From NCBI GenBank assembly GCA_973895155.1, contig OZ316891.1, positions 23,373,899 to 23,437,898 on the forward strand: 64,000 bases of DNA. The letters run 5' to 3'. Made by a program: the position numbers and the translations under genes. The notes beneath the pieces were generated by a model. That model was not told the origin of the DNA. It saw only the letters and a list, made by a program, of their open reading frames with translations, and ran no database searches. Shown piece after piece: positions 10,727 through 23,400 of the stretch. Each line of letters opens with the position of its first letter. Position 1 is the stretch's first letter. Source of the DNA: Marsupella aquatica. Lineage: Eukaryota; Plantae; Marchantiophyta.

Positions 10727-12292
10727 TGTCGTATAGTGCTAAGTATCAAAAGTGACTCTCCTCACCTAAAACCAGGGTTTCGATCCCTTTAAGAACAGAT
10801 TTCAGAATGAATTGTATAACTTTTATCACTCCGAGTGATTTAGAGTCTTGAGCTCTATGTTGACTTCACTTCTCAATAAAAAAATCGAATAAACAAACAA
10901 CAAAGTAACTGAACTTCTGATTTATGAATTAGAGAAGAAATGAGTAAGGATTTAGAGACTACAAGCTACTGCCACTCCTTCAGAAAGGATTTGGGCTCAG
11001 TATAGACATGAAATCTATCTCATAATTCATCCATCTCACTCTTCAAAACACAAAGGTTAATGATAATGGAATTCTCAATCTGATGAAGCAGAAGCTTTCT
11101 GATTGCAAATGAATGATATGATTTAAAATGCCGTCAACATGGTTTGACATCAGCGATACGCAATTCAGTCAAACTCTAAACCATATTCCAGAATCAAAGC
11201 AACAGTACTAACTACTCTGAGAATCAGAATTTACTTCTCATTTATCATTAACTATTCTTGAATTGGCTAGCGAATCCCGACTCTGCAAGCAAGCCTAGCA
11301 GTGAATTCAATACGAGTTTCAGAAATCTGCAACTGAATTCAATCACCACAGGAATCTCTTGAATTCAATCTTAACTTCAATCAATATAGCTTTACTTCCA
11401 TACAAAACACTCACAGCATGCCTTGTTACAATGGAAGGAGGAGAAAACTATTCAGAAGACTCAATTCTGAATACAGTATTAACTCTATTTCTCTCTACTT
11501 CAAATGAGCATTCTACTCTGTCTTATAAGTGCTGGAATCCTAAAATGGAGGAGGTAAGAACAGTCGTGCCTTTCCAAGCTTAAAACTAAACAAGGGAGAA
11601 GCACAGCATAAGTACTTCAACAAGGGTGGTAGAATACTACTTTACTAGTAATCTACTTCAAAAACTAAGTGTTGAGCGGACGCTGCTAGAAGCGTCGGGA
11701 GAATCTGGACGCTGCTAGAAGCGTCTTAAGTAAAACCAACGGACGCTGCTCACACTGCTCACAGCGTCAATACTAGGGTGGACGCTGCTCACAGCGTCGT
11801 GTGTTGAAGCTGACGCTTTCCACAGCGTCGGTCGAAATCCTCATAGAGTCTTGGTGGCGGTCGGGCACTGCCAAAAGCGTCATGAGGAGGTTGGACGCTT
11901 CCGCAGCGTCTTGAGTAAAAGAAACGGGCGCTGGTCACAGCGTCGGGCAAAGTACACTAGGAATCGTCAGGAAAGCCGGAGATGTCAAATATTTCTATAA
12001 GTGTCCAGAACAAGTAAATGTTGGCCGGAAGGTGTCTAAAGTGTAAGTAAATCTTGTGATATGCTAAAAATAAACAAGTTTCCAGAAAAAATTGCAGGGA
12101 CACCCATACCACAAATGTGTCTTATACACATTTGATTTGTTTAAGTCCTTTTTGACTTTAGATGTGCTAATCTTGGCCGTTGACAGTCCTTTGGATTAGT
12201 GAAAGGACTGGAGACTTTTTGCCTCCTTTGGTAGTCCTCAATCATGCAATCCACCTATTGCAAGCCATGGTCCTGCACACTCAGACCCTACA
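10727..12292 (-). repeat. 5' LTR of element A (~1.57 kb)
   Basis: TG at 10727 adjacent to the PBS. Outer end placed at ...GACCCTACA 12292 (minus TGTAGGG), after which sequence character changes. The outer boundary is inferred because the partner LTR is outside the window. Confidence 0.65.
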
Positions 12293-14599
12293 TCAGATTG
12301 TGAAACAAGAAGGAATCACAGGGTGCAGCATGACACAAAAGAATGAGGGTGCAGCATAAAATATGACATGTAACCACAAGGGTGCAGCATAAACCAATGC
12401 TTTATGGATGGCAAAGCATTTAGGACTGAGCAGCGCAAATAACCTTGGCCTATGATTGGAAGCAATCCTAAATATTGCAACCTGTATGCCTTCGCTTGTT
12501 GTACAGCAGTGCTCACTCACCTTGCCTTTTAAAATCTGTAAGGGAAACACAGAACAAATAGCAATTGAGTTTAAGCAAAGCATTCATTTGGCTCTCAAGT
12601 TTTAAAATGGACAGAGCACACAACAATGTGCACAACAAAGCACAGAGAGCAACAAAACTCCAGCAAACTAGGACTTGGGCAAGAGACACAAATTTTAGCA
12701 GCAAAATCAAATCAAGATAATTCGGACCTGTAAGTTCAACATGCAGTGCTCACTCACCCTGCCCTTTTTTAAATCTGTAAAAACCAAGTTTTATTGCGTG
12801 CCTTCTACATCTTAAGCTGCTGCACACATCTGTTATAGAACCATAAGTTGCTTTACTCTCAACAAGCTGCTGGTCCACCCACTTTTTCAAAAGTTGCACC
12901 GTACACTATCTTTGTGCAGTCATGGCATTACCAGGCTGCTGTCAGAGACCCTTATGAAGAATTTAAAATTGACCACTGATTTTAGTTTAGTTTTGTCCAG
13001 TTTGCAGACCAAAGGAAATCATGTGGTTGTATTCATGGAGTTGTATTCATTGCTGTGTATGGATGTTGTGTGAACGTCAGACAATTAGCTGTAAATTACC
13101 ATAGTTGAAGAGCAAGGCTTGTACAAAAGCCACTGAGGAATTCTCTGAGGTGGCACAGCAGTTGGCAAACCATACACAAAACTCTGAAACTTTTTGGCAA
13201 CAGAATTCTACAGAGTCGCTGCTGGAATCCAGTGAGGATTCACCATACATGCCTGCACTTCTCTTCAGTAAAAAAAGAGAAAAGAAAAGGGCTATGATAC
13301 AGAGGGATGTCAAAAGAAGAGTAAGGAAACCATTGATTGAGGAACACAGACAGACTAAGGAAAACATCATACAATGGAAAAATAAGGACTACATTGTAAT
13401 AATAAGAGATCGAGCTCACCTTGCACCACAAAGATTGTCATGAGTCACCTCGCAGTTCCTCGCAGCTTAGGTCCAAGATGACATTTCAATATGGAGGAAA
13501 GGAGTTTACTCATTTAAAATAGAGAAGGAGTGGCATCTACAGGGACTTTGGGAGCACACTCAAAAGGTTGGCGATACATCAGGTTATCTTTCTAGGTCAG
13601 ACACTGCCAATAGAATTTTGAACACAACAAACACAGCAAACACTGCCAGATATAGAATTTTGAACACAAGGGTACAACATCCTGATTTGCCTAAACTCAA
13701 TCAACTTAATAGCATATTTTTATGTTCAATTAGGCAGCACTAAATAGAACAGCCTTTCACGCAGTCAGAATAATTGGCAATAACCAAACGACAACAAGAC
13801 AACAAACTAAACTGAACATAGCAGACAAAACAAACTGCACTCAACAGTAGACTAATCCGGCAAGTAGCAATCAGAAATCAATAGCAGACAGACAGAGGAC
13901 AACTCGGTCAGAACTCCGGCACTTGATTTAGTTGTGGTAAATAGGAGAAAGCTAAGAAATAGAGAGAGAAAAAACCATTTCTTAGCAATCGGATCTGTCT
14001 GCAATCTCTGCTGCCTGATTACAATCAAGAAGATTTTGCCAAAACAAACGATAAAGCTGAGGTGGAGTCATTCAAAGCCCATTCAAGTCTCAATACTTTG
14101 TCAGAAGCATGATCAGTGGAGCGCTCAGCTACGGAGGCATGGGGTTTTGGAGGACGAAAGGCTTTTGCGGGCAGTGCAGGCAACCGTTCAGGTTTTGGAA
14201 GATTTTGCCAAAACAAACAATAAAGCTCAAAGATAGTTAAATTTCTTAGGTCTCTGATAGTTAATGGAAGGTTGCAGTGGAGCTAGCATGGGACAGGGAA
14301 GGAAATGCAGGCACTTGTGATGCAAAAGGCTACAGAGGGCGAGAAGGTGGACAACCAAACTCAACAAACTCAAAGAACATGTAGCAAATGGCAATAGAAT
14401 AGAAGATCAGAGAACATGTAGCGAATGGAGAGGGATAGATAGAGAAAAAACATAAGTAGAGAGCTCTGGCACACAGCAACACAGGTCCCAACACAACACA
14501 TTGCAGGTCCCAGGCTGGGGTGGAGCCGGAAGTGGAGAGCACAGAGCAACCAGGCAAATCACAACGTACATGGGCGCCAATGGGAATAAGGTCATACCT

Positions 14600-15090
14600 C
14601 TTCGCAGCTCTTGACCGACCAACAACTCCTCACCGACCAGCGCTCCTGCAACTCCTCCCTGATGTAACCTCTTGCAGCTCCCGTAGCTCCTCTTGCAGCT
14701 CCGTAGCTCCCGATGTAACACCTCCCGCAGCTCCCACAGCTCCTTCACGAACGGTGAGACTAGTTGCTTTCACTGCCTCCAATCCACGAGCTTCCACCAT
14801 TTTTGCCTTCCACAATGATCGGGGTCCCCAACGCGCAAATGCCTTCCCTTCCCTCCCGCAACTCAAACATGTGCTCGGAAGAGTGTCAAAACTCCTCCCC
14901 TCCTGCAACTCCAACCTATGCTCCTGTAGGTCTAAACGGTGAGACCAACGCGCGAATGCCTTCCCTTCCCTCCCGCAACTCCAATCTGTGCTCCCGGGGC
15001 AAATGTGCTTGGAAGAGTGTCGCAGCTCATCCCCTCCTGCAACTCCCACCTATGCTCCCGGGGCAAATGTGCTTGCCTTTGTTCCCTGCG
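14600..15090. repeat. Degenerate C-rich tandem repeats (GCAACTCC / GCAGCTCC and ~60-130 bp duplicated blocks)
   Basis: Recurrent CCCAACGCG.AATGCCTTCCCTTCCCTCCCGCAACTC and CTCCCGGGGCAAATGTGCTT blocks. Confidence 0.7.
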
Positions 15091-15639
15091 CTTGGTGGAA
15101 TGGAGCACAAAGCTGTGCAGCCCTAAGCCCTTGCAATGTGCACACAAAGGCATGCCAAGAAATAAGCACATATCGCCTTGCCCTCTTGATGTTTGTTGAG
15201 GAAAAAGGGCTCCTGTTGGTACGCAAGAAAACTTCAGCGGGATAAACCTAATTGCTGGACCCCTAAACCCCGTAGAGGTAAGGTATTTTGTTGGATGGGG
15301 ATGGTGGATATTGTGGGTCATTAATTAGGGTTATTTTTTGAGACTAGTTAATAACAATGTAACAAAACCCCCCATAAGGCCCATAAATAATACCAACTAA
15401 ATAGGTTAATAACAAGGTCGGGACGCCCCCATAAGGCCCTAGGGAAGGCACTGAAGGTAAATAGCTCATAATGTCGCGACACCCCCATAAGGTCATGGCT
15501 GTTTGTGTAGGTGCCAACAAGACATTGACCCTAAACCCATAACCCGCCCCTCATTTAAACCTCCTTAATGGGAGGTGAGGGTGTTGTGGATTACATTAGT
15601 GTAATTAACTATGTACCGGCCATGTCTTTTGGGTGATAG

Positions 15640-17455
15640 GTTATGTCTGCAAAAAGGACCATATGCATGAACACAATTTTGGACTACCTTATTAGTCTCA
15701 CCATGACTATATGACCTCCAATATGCCAACATTAATGGCTTCCAAGATGACAGCATGAGTGACCCCACTTTTAGTCATTCAGATTGAAGCACTATTTAAT
15801 TCACAAATGACCCAATGAACTCCCTTGTACCTCCAAAGAGAACCCCCCAATAGCCTTTGTAAGGACCACATTTCCAATCATTTGGAACTTCTTACCTGTA
15901 GTATGACAACCAAAATGACCCTAATTTGAGGTGTTTTGATTAATGACACACCATGAGGGACCTGTCTAATGACCACAAATTTGGCATTGCTCCAAATGAC
16001 CTCCAATATGACTATAAAAATGACCCTATATGTAGTCATTGGCATTAATGACACCATTATGTGAAAATGACCCAATGAAGAGTACATTACCTCTTGGAGT
16101 GCCCCCTTACAATTCATTTGGAATTTAATAGAATATATCCAAATCCAAATATCGGCACAAACATGACATAGTTATATGGAAGGACATAGTCTTCCACTAG
16201 TATTGCATTATATATCTCTTGGAGAGACAAAAACAATTTTTGTTTGCCGTTTGGATAGGACGGTATGCATGCATGGTACGTGACACTTTTGGCAAATCAC
16301 TCCAAAGTTGTATGACTTGGGAGCGATTTCCCCAAAGTTACATCGTGCCTAAAGTAAACGCAAAAACACAGCTCCAAAGTGCTAATGGTGCAACTAGTGG
16401 TTGGAGAATGGTAAATATAGTATTTTGCACCTAGTGGAGGGGTTGCAAGCTCTATGTGGGGCCACATGGCACTCTAGGGCCCGCCTCCAACCCTTAGCCC
16501 CAAATTGGTCATTCATGCTTGTCTCCAATGACTGCACTAGGGACATCTCAAATGACTCAAAGTCCAGTCATTTGCCTTATATGACATCCCATATGACCAA
16601 TTCAATGACCCTGCTTGTAGTCATTGGCAATTATGACACGACTTTGTTAAAAAATGACCCAATGAAGCTCCTAGTACGTCAAGAAAGAGGCCACTTTAGA
16701 TTTCTTGTAAAATAGGAATATTCCTATACCTTTAACCAACACACATGTCCACCGTAGAGGGAAACACCACTACCACGCCCATCCCATTGGTGTTGCACTA
16801 CCTCATTGAGGAACAAAACAAATGGCTCCATTTGCCTTTGGAACATAAGATATTCATGATCCATGATGGTGCTTTTGGCAAATCACTCCAAAGTGGTATG
16901 ACTTGGGAGTGATTTCCCCAATGTTGCATCATCCCTTAAGTAAACGCAAAAACTCACATATGAGGTACGGTGCTAATGGTGCAACTAGTGGTTGGAGAAT
17001 AGTAAATATAGTATTTTGCACCTAGTGGAGGGGTTGCAAGCTCTATGTGGGGCCACATGGCACTCTAGGGCCCACCTTCAGCCCCTAGCCCCAAACTTGT
17101 CATTTGTGCTTCTGTTTAATGACTGCATGAAGGGCCACACAAATGACCACAAGTCCAGTCACTTGACTTATATGACTTCCCATATGACAGTTTTAATGAC
17201 TTGACTTTTGCTCATTGGCATTTATGACAAGTCATTGGTCACATATGACCCAATAAAGGCCCTAGTACCTCCAAAGAGAGCCCGCAATAGATTCCTTCCA
17301 AGGTTGGAATATTCCTCTTCCCTAAACCCGCACCCACACCATACAGAGAAGCACGATTCCCATGCCCATTCCATTGGTGTAGCACCACCTCTTGGAGAAC
17401 CAAAAAATGACTTTTATTTGCCTTTGGATGTGATGGTGTGCATGCATGGACACAC
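15640..17455. repeat. ~580-bp tandem repeat array, left part
   Basis: Anchor TTTGGCAAATCACTCCAAAG at ~16288 and ~16876; repeated GGCACTCTAGGGCCC; ATGAC/GTCAT-rich. Confidence 0.85.
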
Positions 17456-20400
17456 TGTCACGTCGTCGGCTTCGGCCTTAACTCAGACTTCAGCTTAGAC
17501 GGGCACATCCCTCATAAATCTAAGGGTTCGGGCAGGAAGGGAAGCACATAATGCACCTTATTCTCGTAAACTAGCGCTAAGTGCGCATACTGCTAAATAC
17601 GGACACCTCCTAGGTATGGTTTGTGTTCCGCCGCCGAAACGTACCTTAGTCGATAGCAGGATCAACCCCGGCTTAAGGGCTTCTAAGCCTTCGTGTTGTC
17701 CGCCTTCGATCCGGATTCGATGATACAGGTCCTCAACCCGTGCTCGCAACCACTTACCCGCAGGCTGCACCCTGTGCACGTCTCGGGTAGTGCGTTCGGC
17801 CTGGCGCTGCCACCCATATACGAGAAACCCACACACATACACGCACACATGCATACAATCTCGATTTACACGAAGGAAAATGATGGGAAAGGATTTTACT
17901 ACAAAGGGAACATATGCGTACACTTAGTTGACCCGACAGCCCCGGAATGAACAGGTTCAAGGCCGAGGGTGCACACTACAACGGAGCCCGGCTCCGCACT
18001 CGCCCGACGAGCTTAGTCCTACCCCCCCTTTGGTACTCTTTCATTCCCAGAGGTCGGGACTCCCCGCATATACCGCGGACGTCCAACTCTGAAACTAAAA
18101 ACCCCCCCCTTGCCTCTACCAAGGGGTGCACTAAATACTAAGGGCCGAGGGACGGGGTGTCCTCTCGCCGAAGATTCGCTGACTAAGGTCCTAACTAAGC
18201 TGACAGTCAGGCCAGAAAACGGCTGTGTCTTATTAGAAGATCCTAATCTATGCAGGCTGGACAGCATGGCAGCGCTGCTGTACCTAAGGCAGGTGCCTGT
18301 CCCAAGAGCCTGACTAAGCCAGTCCTAATCCTAATCTATTCCTACTCCGCTGCTAATGCCTGGCACGCTTGCCAAAGCCGCCCGAATGGGAGCGGCCATC
18401 CCGCTGCCTTCAAAGCCTGTCATTGTCCGCCTTGAGGAGCTGGACCTGGTCCAGCAGAGATTTGTTCTCTCGCCTCACCGCGTCCGTCTCCTCTGCTGCC
18501 TCCTGACATGCCTCCTCCAGCTGCTGGGTGTCGCTCGTCAGTTTACCCGCCAGCTGGTCCTGCTTTTCGGCCTCGGTTTGGAGCCGCGCCACCTCGGCCT
18601 GCAGCGTGGCTATCTCCGCCGTGTCCCGTTGGGCCCGTTCCTCGGCCTCCTCCAGGTCTTTCTGCCAGGTGACAGTTTGATTCTTCAAACTGTCAATCTG
18701 GTTCCGGAGTCGTGTAATCTCGGCCTTGTTCCCAGCTTTGGTCTGTTCGGCTAGGGCGGTAAGAGCGTGCGCCTTTGCGAACAACTCATCGGCGGCTGCA
18801 ACCTTGGGTTGTAGTTGCAGAAGCTCAGCCTCTTGAGCCGCAACTTTGTTCTTTAGGTACACGGACTCCACCCGGTACCGCTCTATCCTCTGAAGGGCCT
18901 CTGACTGGGCCCGACCTGCCTTTACTGCGGCAACCAACTCCTGATTGAAGAAACAGGCTACCTTCCGGGCCATGAACTCCCCGGTATCCCGGGCAATTTG
19001 ATGAGAGAAATCTCTCAAAAGCCCGTTCAGAAATGTACCCGGTACGAAGAGTTCCGGGTGGTCCAGGTTGTGCCTGTCCGGAGTTGGGCACGGGCAGACG
19101 TCAACACGCGCGGGGGCCGGGGGAGTGACGTCCAGCCCTGGAGTGTCCTCCTGCAGCAATGTCCGGTTCTCCGGAATAGCCACCGGTGGGTCTTTGGGAG
19201 ACCCGGGCTCGGGTAAGACCTCCGCCGTACCGACTTCTGTACTTAGCCCGGCTTGTTGGGTCGCATCAACGGTTGCCACAACCGACCCATCCGGTACCTC
19301 CTCGGTTATGACTACAGCTACTTGTGGAGGTGGGGTGGGTGAAGCTGGCGTGTCCGCTGGACTTCGGGCCTCGGGTTGGGGCCGTCTCTCCAAGGCCGGG
19401 AAAACCCACCTAGCTGGGACCAGCTTTGTAACGTTGACACGGGGAAGGGTTCGTCGATCAAACCGGGCGTACCACTCAAGAATGATCTCGATGTGGCTAG
19501 CGAAATACGCCTTCCCGCCAATGTACAGCGTCTTCCTTTGCCGCTCCATTTCTTCATGGAATTTCTTAGCGAAGTACGACGCCCACTTCCTAGGTCGATA
19601 GTTCTCGACCTGGATAACCTGGGCGGCGGAGATCTCCCCCCGGGGTTCCATCATGTGGAGGGCGTACCTTTGGAACTCCAGCCGCTCAGCTATCTTGGGC
19701 ATGAGGCAGGTCCTCATCACAAACCCGTTGTCCACTGCTCCCTCCGAAGGAAAACTTGAGGATTGGTACTTGGCTCCCTTGCCCCCGGGAGCCCGTGATT
19801 CGACTCGATGGTCACCTTCGGGTAGTCCGAAGATCATCTTGAGCCGTTCTTCCGTGAGGGACATATTCCTTCCCCGCAGCCGAGTCTGTTGACGTACGTC
19901 ATCATAATTCTTGACGAATTCTGTCATGTCCTCCCCGTAGTACCTGCAAGTGTTCCAGGGGAGAGAGGTGAGGTGCTCAAATCCCTGAGTCTTCAGGTAC
20001 ACCGCATGCTTGGGATGGAGGATGTTGTTGTGAACGTTTTCCCCCATGCGGTGCATCGTCACCTTGGCTACGGCTACCGTGGCCAACGGTAACCCGGATG
20101 CAGTGGCGGATTCCTTCCTCTTCTTCCCCCGTGACTGGCTCGGGGAAGGTGACACTTCCCCATCCTCCCGATCGGGCCAGGGTAGTGCCACTGTCGTTAG
20201 TAACGGGCCCGAGGCGGCCACGGTCACCATGTTGTCTGCCGGGGCCGCTCCTGGGGTTAGAGCAGGGGGTGGGGACGATATAGTGTCGGCCCCCTGAGCG
20301 CTTGTTCCTCTAGGCCGCCTGGTCAAGGGTGGGGTAGCCTCGTCGTCATTGCTAAGATCCACAGCGTTGATGACGGAGCGTACTTGTGCTGGCTGGGCGA

Positions 20401-21450
20401 TCGGTGGTGGGGTTTGGCTAGGCTGCGGCTGAGGCTGAAGCTGAAGCTGAGCCTGAGGTTGAGCCTGAGGTTGCATGGGTACGGGTACGGGTACGGGTTC
20501 GACTGAGTTGGTCATGTTGGTTGATGGCCGAGTTCCCATGAAGCTCTGCAGGTGCTGGTAGAAGTTCTCCGAAGCAAGTGCAGACGACCTTGTCGAACGG
20601 TTAGTATTGGACTCGCTGTTGATGATAGCCCGAACCTGAGCAGGGATGTGGTCAAAGTGATGTCGTTGCAAGTCGATCGTCCTCGGGATATTGAAGACCT
20701 CATCCGGAAGCCAAAGCAATGCTTCCCAAAAACCGATATATTTGTCTCCGTTGAAGAAGTACCCAGATACATCTGCTGGTCAGTAAAGCTCGCTCTAAGA
20801 TGGGTAGTCAAAGTTAAGGATGTAGTGGTGTCGTCCTGCTAGGCGGATGGCTCTCTCGTACTCGCGTTTGATTTCGTATCGGCGCGGGTTGGCGTGTTTC
20901 AATGAGTCGGCCAAGTGCCTTCCGGTAGATAGGAACTGCATCCAGAATCGAATGGCCGAGCTGGAGAGGATCGTGTGCGACATTCAGAGGAGATAGTAGT
21001 GGCGACTTAGAGCAAACGAGAGAGCTGGGGTCAAAGCTGGCGCGTGGACTGATGGACTGGTGCACTACAAAGGGTTGGCTCCCCTTTTATACCTTGAGGG
21101 CTTGTCGATCCCTCGACGTCTCCTCGACGCCCATAGGCTGAACCGCTCACGCTTGTGGTGTACCGGCCACTCCGCCGGTCTGAGTTAGCGCGTGTCAGTG
21201 GTCGCTTCCTTAAGTTTGTTATATGGACCCGAGGGAGGGGCCCCTCCACGCTCGTAACTCGGGTGTGCGAATAGCGACCCGCCGCCAGTCCAAACCTGAA
21301 TTCCCCCTTATTGCCTAATAATGTCCTACCCATAATGATTATCTAAATATTGTCGTTATGCTAATAATAGCGGCCTAAGACACTCCTAACGCGCATGCTA
21401 AGCGCAGTTAGACCGAATCACTCATTAACCGCCGTACCGGTGGCGTCACA
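17456..21450 (-). mobile_element. Giant solo LTR (3995 bp) carrying a long ORF, inserted in the tandem repeat
   Basis: Termini TGTCAC...GTCACA, the same as element B's LTR; perfect 5-bp TSD CACAC (17451-55, 21451-55); cleanly interrupts the satellite unit (CATGGACACAC|TTTGGCAAAT); no internal direct repeat, PBS or gag/pol seen; minus-strand TATAAAA at ~21085-21091. Confidence 0.85.
18410..20719 (-). CDS. LTR-borne accessory protein (769 aa open frame; first ATG at 20539, 709 aa): Pro/Gln-rich N-terminus, central TE accessory domain, Pro-rich linker, C-terminal coiled coil
   Basis: Uninterrupted long ORF; heptad-rich C-terminus (EIATLQAEVARLQTEAEK); homologous fragments at 27054-28133. Confidence 0.8.
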   Translation of the reverse strand: MLWLPDEVFNIPRTIDLQRHHFDHIPAQVRAIINSESNTNRSTRSSALASENFYQHLQSFMGTRPSTNMTNSVEPVPVPVPMQPQAQPQAQLQLQPQPQPSQTPPPIAQPAQVRSVINAVDLSNDDEATPPLTRRPRGTSAQGADTISSPPPALTPGAAPADNMVTVAASGPLLTTVALPWPDREDGEVSPSPSQSRGKKRKESATASGLPLATVAVAKVTMHRMGENVHNNILHPKHAVYLKTQGFEHLTSLPWNTCRYYGEDMTEFVKNYDDVRQQTRLRGRNMSLTEERLKMIFGLPEGDHRVESRAPGGKGAKYQSSSFPSEGAVDNGFVMRTCLMPKIAERLEFQRYALHMMEPRGEISAAQVIQVENYRPRKWASYFAKKFHEEMERQRKTLYIGGKAYFASHIEIILEWYARFDRRTLPRVNVTKLVPARWVFPALERRPQPEARSPADTPASPTPPPQVAVVITEEVPDGSVVATVDATQQAGLSTEVGTAEVLPEPGSPKDPPVAIPENRTLLQEDTPGLDVTPPAPARVDVCPCPTPDRHNLDHPELFVPGTFLNGLLRDFSHQIARDTGEFMARKVACFFNQELVAAVKAGRAQSEALQRIERYRVESVYLKNKVAAQEAELLQLQPKVAAADELFAKAHALTALAEQTKAGNKAEITRLRNQIDSLKNQTVTWQKDLEEAEERAQRDTAEIATLQAEVARLQTEAEKQDQLAGKLTSDTQQLEEACQEAAEETDAVRRENKSLLDQVQLLKADNDRL

Positions 21451-23400
21451 CACACTTTAATTTGGCAAATCACTCCAAAGTTGTACGACTTGAGAGTGAT
21501 TTCCCCAAAGGTGCATCATGCTTTAAGTAAACGCATAAATATGTGTCCAAAGTGTTTATGTCGCAGCTAGTGGTTGGACAATGATGAGTATAGTGTCCCG
21601 CACCCATTGGAGGGGTTCTCACCTCTATGTGGGGCCCCATGGCACTCTAGGGCCCACCTCAAGCCCCTAGCCCCAAACTGGTCATTTGTGCTTTTCCTTA
21701 AAGACTGTATGAGGGACCCATATTAAAATGACCACAAATCCAATCATTAGACTGATATGACTCTCCATTGACAATTTTAATGAACCTACTTTTAGTCATT
21801 GGTATTTATGACGGGCCATTGCTCACATATGACCCAATAAAGGCCCTAGTACCTCCAAAGAGAGCCAACTTTAGATTCCTTGCAAGGTTGGAATATTCCT
21901 CTTCCCTAAACCCGCACCCGCACCATACTGAGAAGCACAACTTCCCTCCCCATTCCATTGGTGCAACACTACCTCTTGGAGAACCAAAAAACAACTTTTA
22001 TTTGCCTTTGGATGTGATGGTGTGCATGCATGGACACACTTTTGGCAAATCACTCCAGAGTCGTACGACTTGGGAGTGATTTCCCCAAAGGTGCATCATG
22101 CCTTAAGTAAATGCAAAAACATGTGTCCAAAGTGTTTATGTCGCAACTAATGGTTGGACAATGATGAGTACAGTGTCCCGCACCTAGTGGAGGGGTTCTC
22201 ACCTCAAAGTGGGGCCCCATGGCACTCTAGGGCCCACCTCAAGCCCCTAGTCCCAAACTGGTCATTTGTGCTTTTCCATAAAGACTGCATGAGGGACCCC
22301 TCAAATGACCACAAATCCAGTCATTAGACTGATATGACTCTCCATATGACAGTTTTAATGACCCTACTTTTAGTCATTGGTATTTATGACGGGCCATTGC
22401 TCACATATGACCCAATAAAGGCCCTAGTATCTCCAAAGAGAGCCAACTTTAGATTCCTTGCAAGGTTGGAATATTCCTCTTCCCTAAACCCGCACCCACA
22501 CCATACTGAGAAGCACAACTCCCCTGCCCATTCCATTGGTGCAGCACTACCTCTTGGAGAACCAAAAAATGACTTTTATTTGCCTTTGGATGTGATGGTA
22601 TGCATGCATGGTGACACTTTTGACAAATCACTCCAAAGTCATACGACTTGGGAGTGATTTCCCCAAAGGTGCATCATGCCTTAAGTAAACGCAAAAACAT
22701 GTGTCCAAAGTGCTTATGTCGCAAATAGTGGTTGGACAATGATGAGTATAGTGTCCCGCACCTAGTGGAGGGGTTCTCACCTCTATGTGGGGCCCCATTG
22801 CACTCTAGGGCCCACCTCCAGCCCCTAGCCCCAAACTGGTCATTAGTGCTTGTGTTTAATGACTGCATGAGGGACCACACAAATGACCACAAGTCCAGTC
22901 ACTTGACTTATATGACAGTCCATATGACAAATTTAATGACCCTACTTGTAGTCATTGGTATTTGTGATGCAAAGTTTTTTAGAAATGACCCAATAAAGAT
23001 TACACTGGCTCCTTGAATGCCCCATCACTATTCATTTGCAAATTAAAATATTCCCCATCCAAACACCAGCACAAACATGACACAATTACAACAAAGGATG
23101 ATAACCTTCCATTGGTATTGCCCTACTTCTTGGAGAGACAAAAAGACTTCATTTGCCTTTGGATACGATAGTATGCATCTATATATGGTAACACTTCTGG
23201 CAAATCACTCCAAAGGTGTATGACTTGAGAGTGATTTCCCCAAAGCTAGGTGCATCATGCCTTAAGTAAATGCAAGACATGTGTTCAAATTGCTAATGCC
23301 GCAACCAGTGGGAGGACAATGATGAGTATTGTGTCCCGCATTTAGTGGAAGTGTTATCAACTATATCAATGACTCTACAATTATGACCGGTGTCTGGAAT
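21451..23400. repeat. ~580-bp tandem repeat array, right part
   Basis: Anchor TG(G/A)CAAATCACTCCA at ~21461, 22042, 22620, 23198 (spacing ~578-581). Confidence 0.88.

Larger units (their letters stand above)
1..12292 (-). mobile_element. Ty3/Gypsy LTR retrotransposon, Athila-like (element A); 3' LTR outside window
   Basis: Minus-strand order: LTR, PBS (TGGCGCCGCTGCCGGGGA), gag-PR, RT-RH-IN, extra ORFs. RT-RH-IN order is Ty3/Gypsy. No chromodomain or extra RNase H seen. The tRNA-Asp PBS is typical of Athila. Confidence 0.92.

Noticed and set aside
13105-13443. Possible gene fragment
   Set aside because: Non-ATG start, no recognisable domain and no convincing exon structure.
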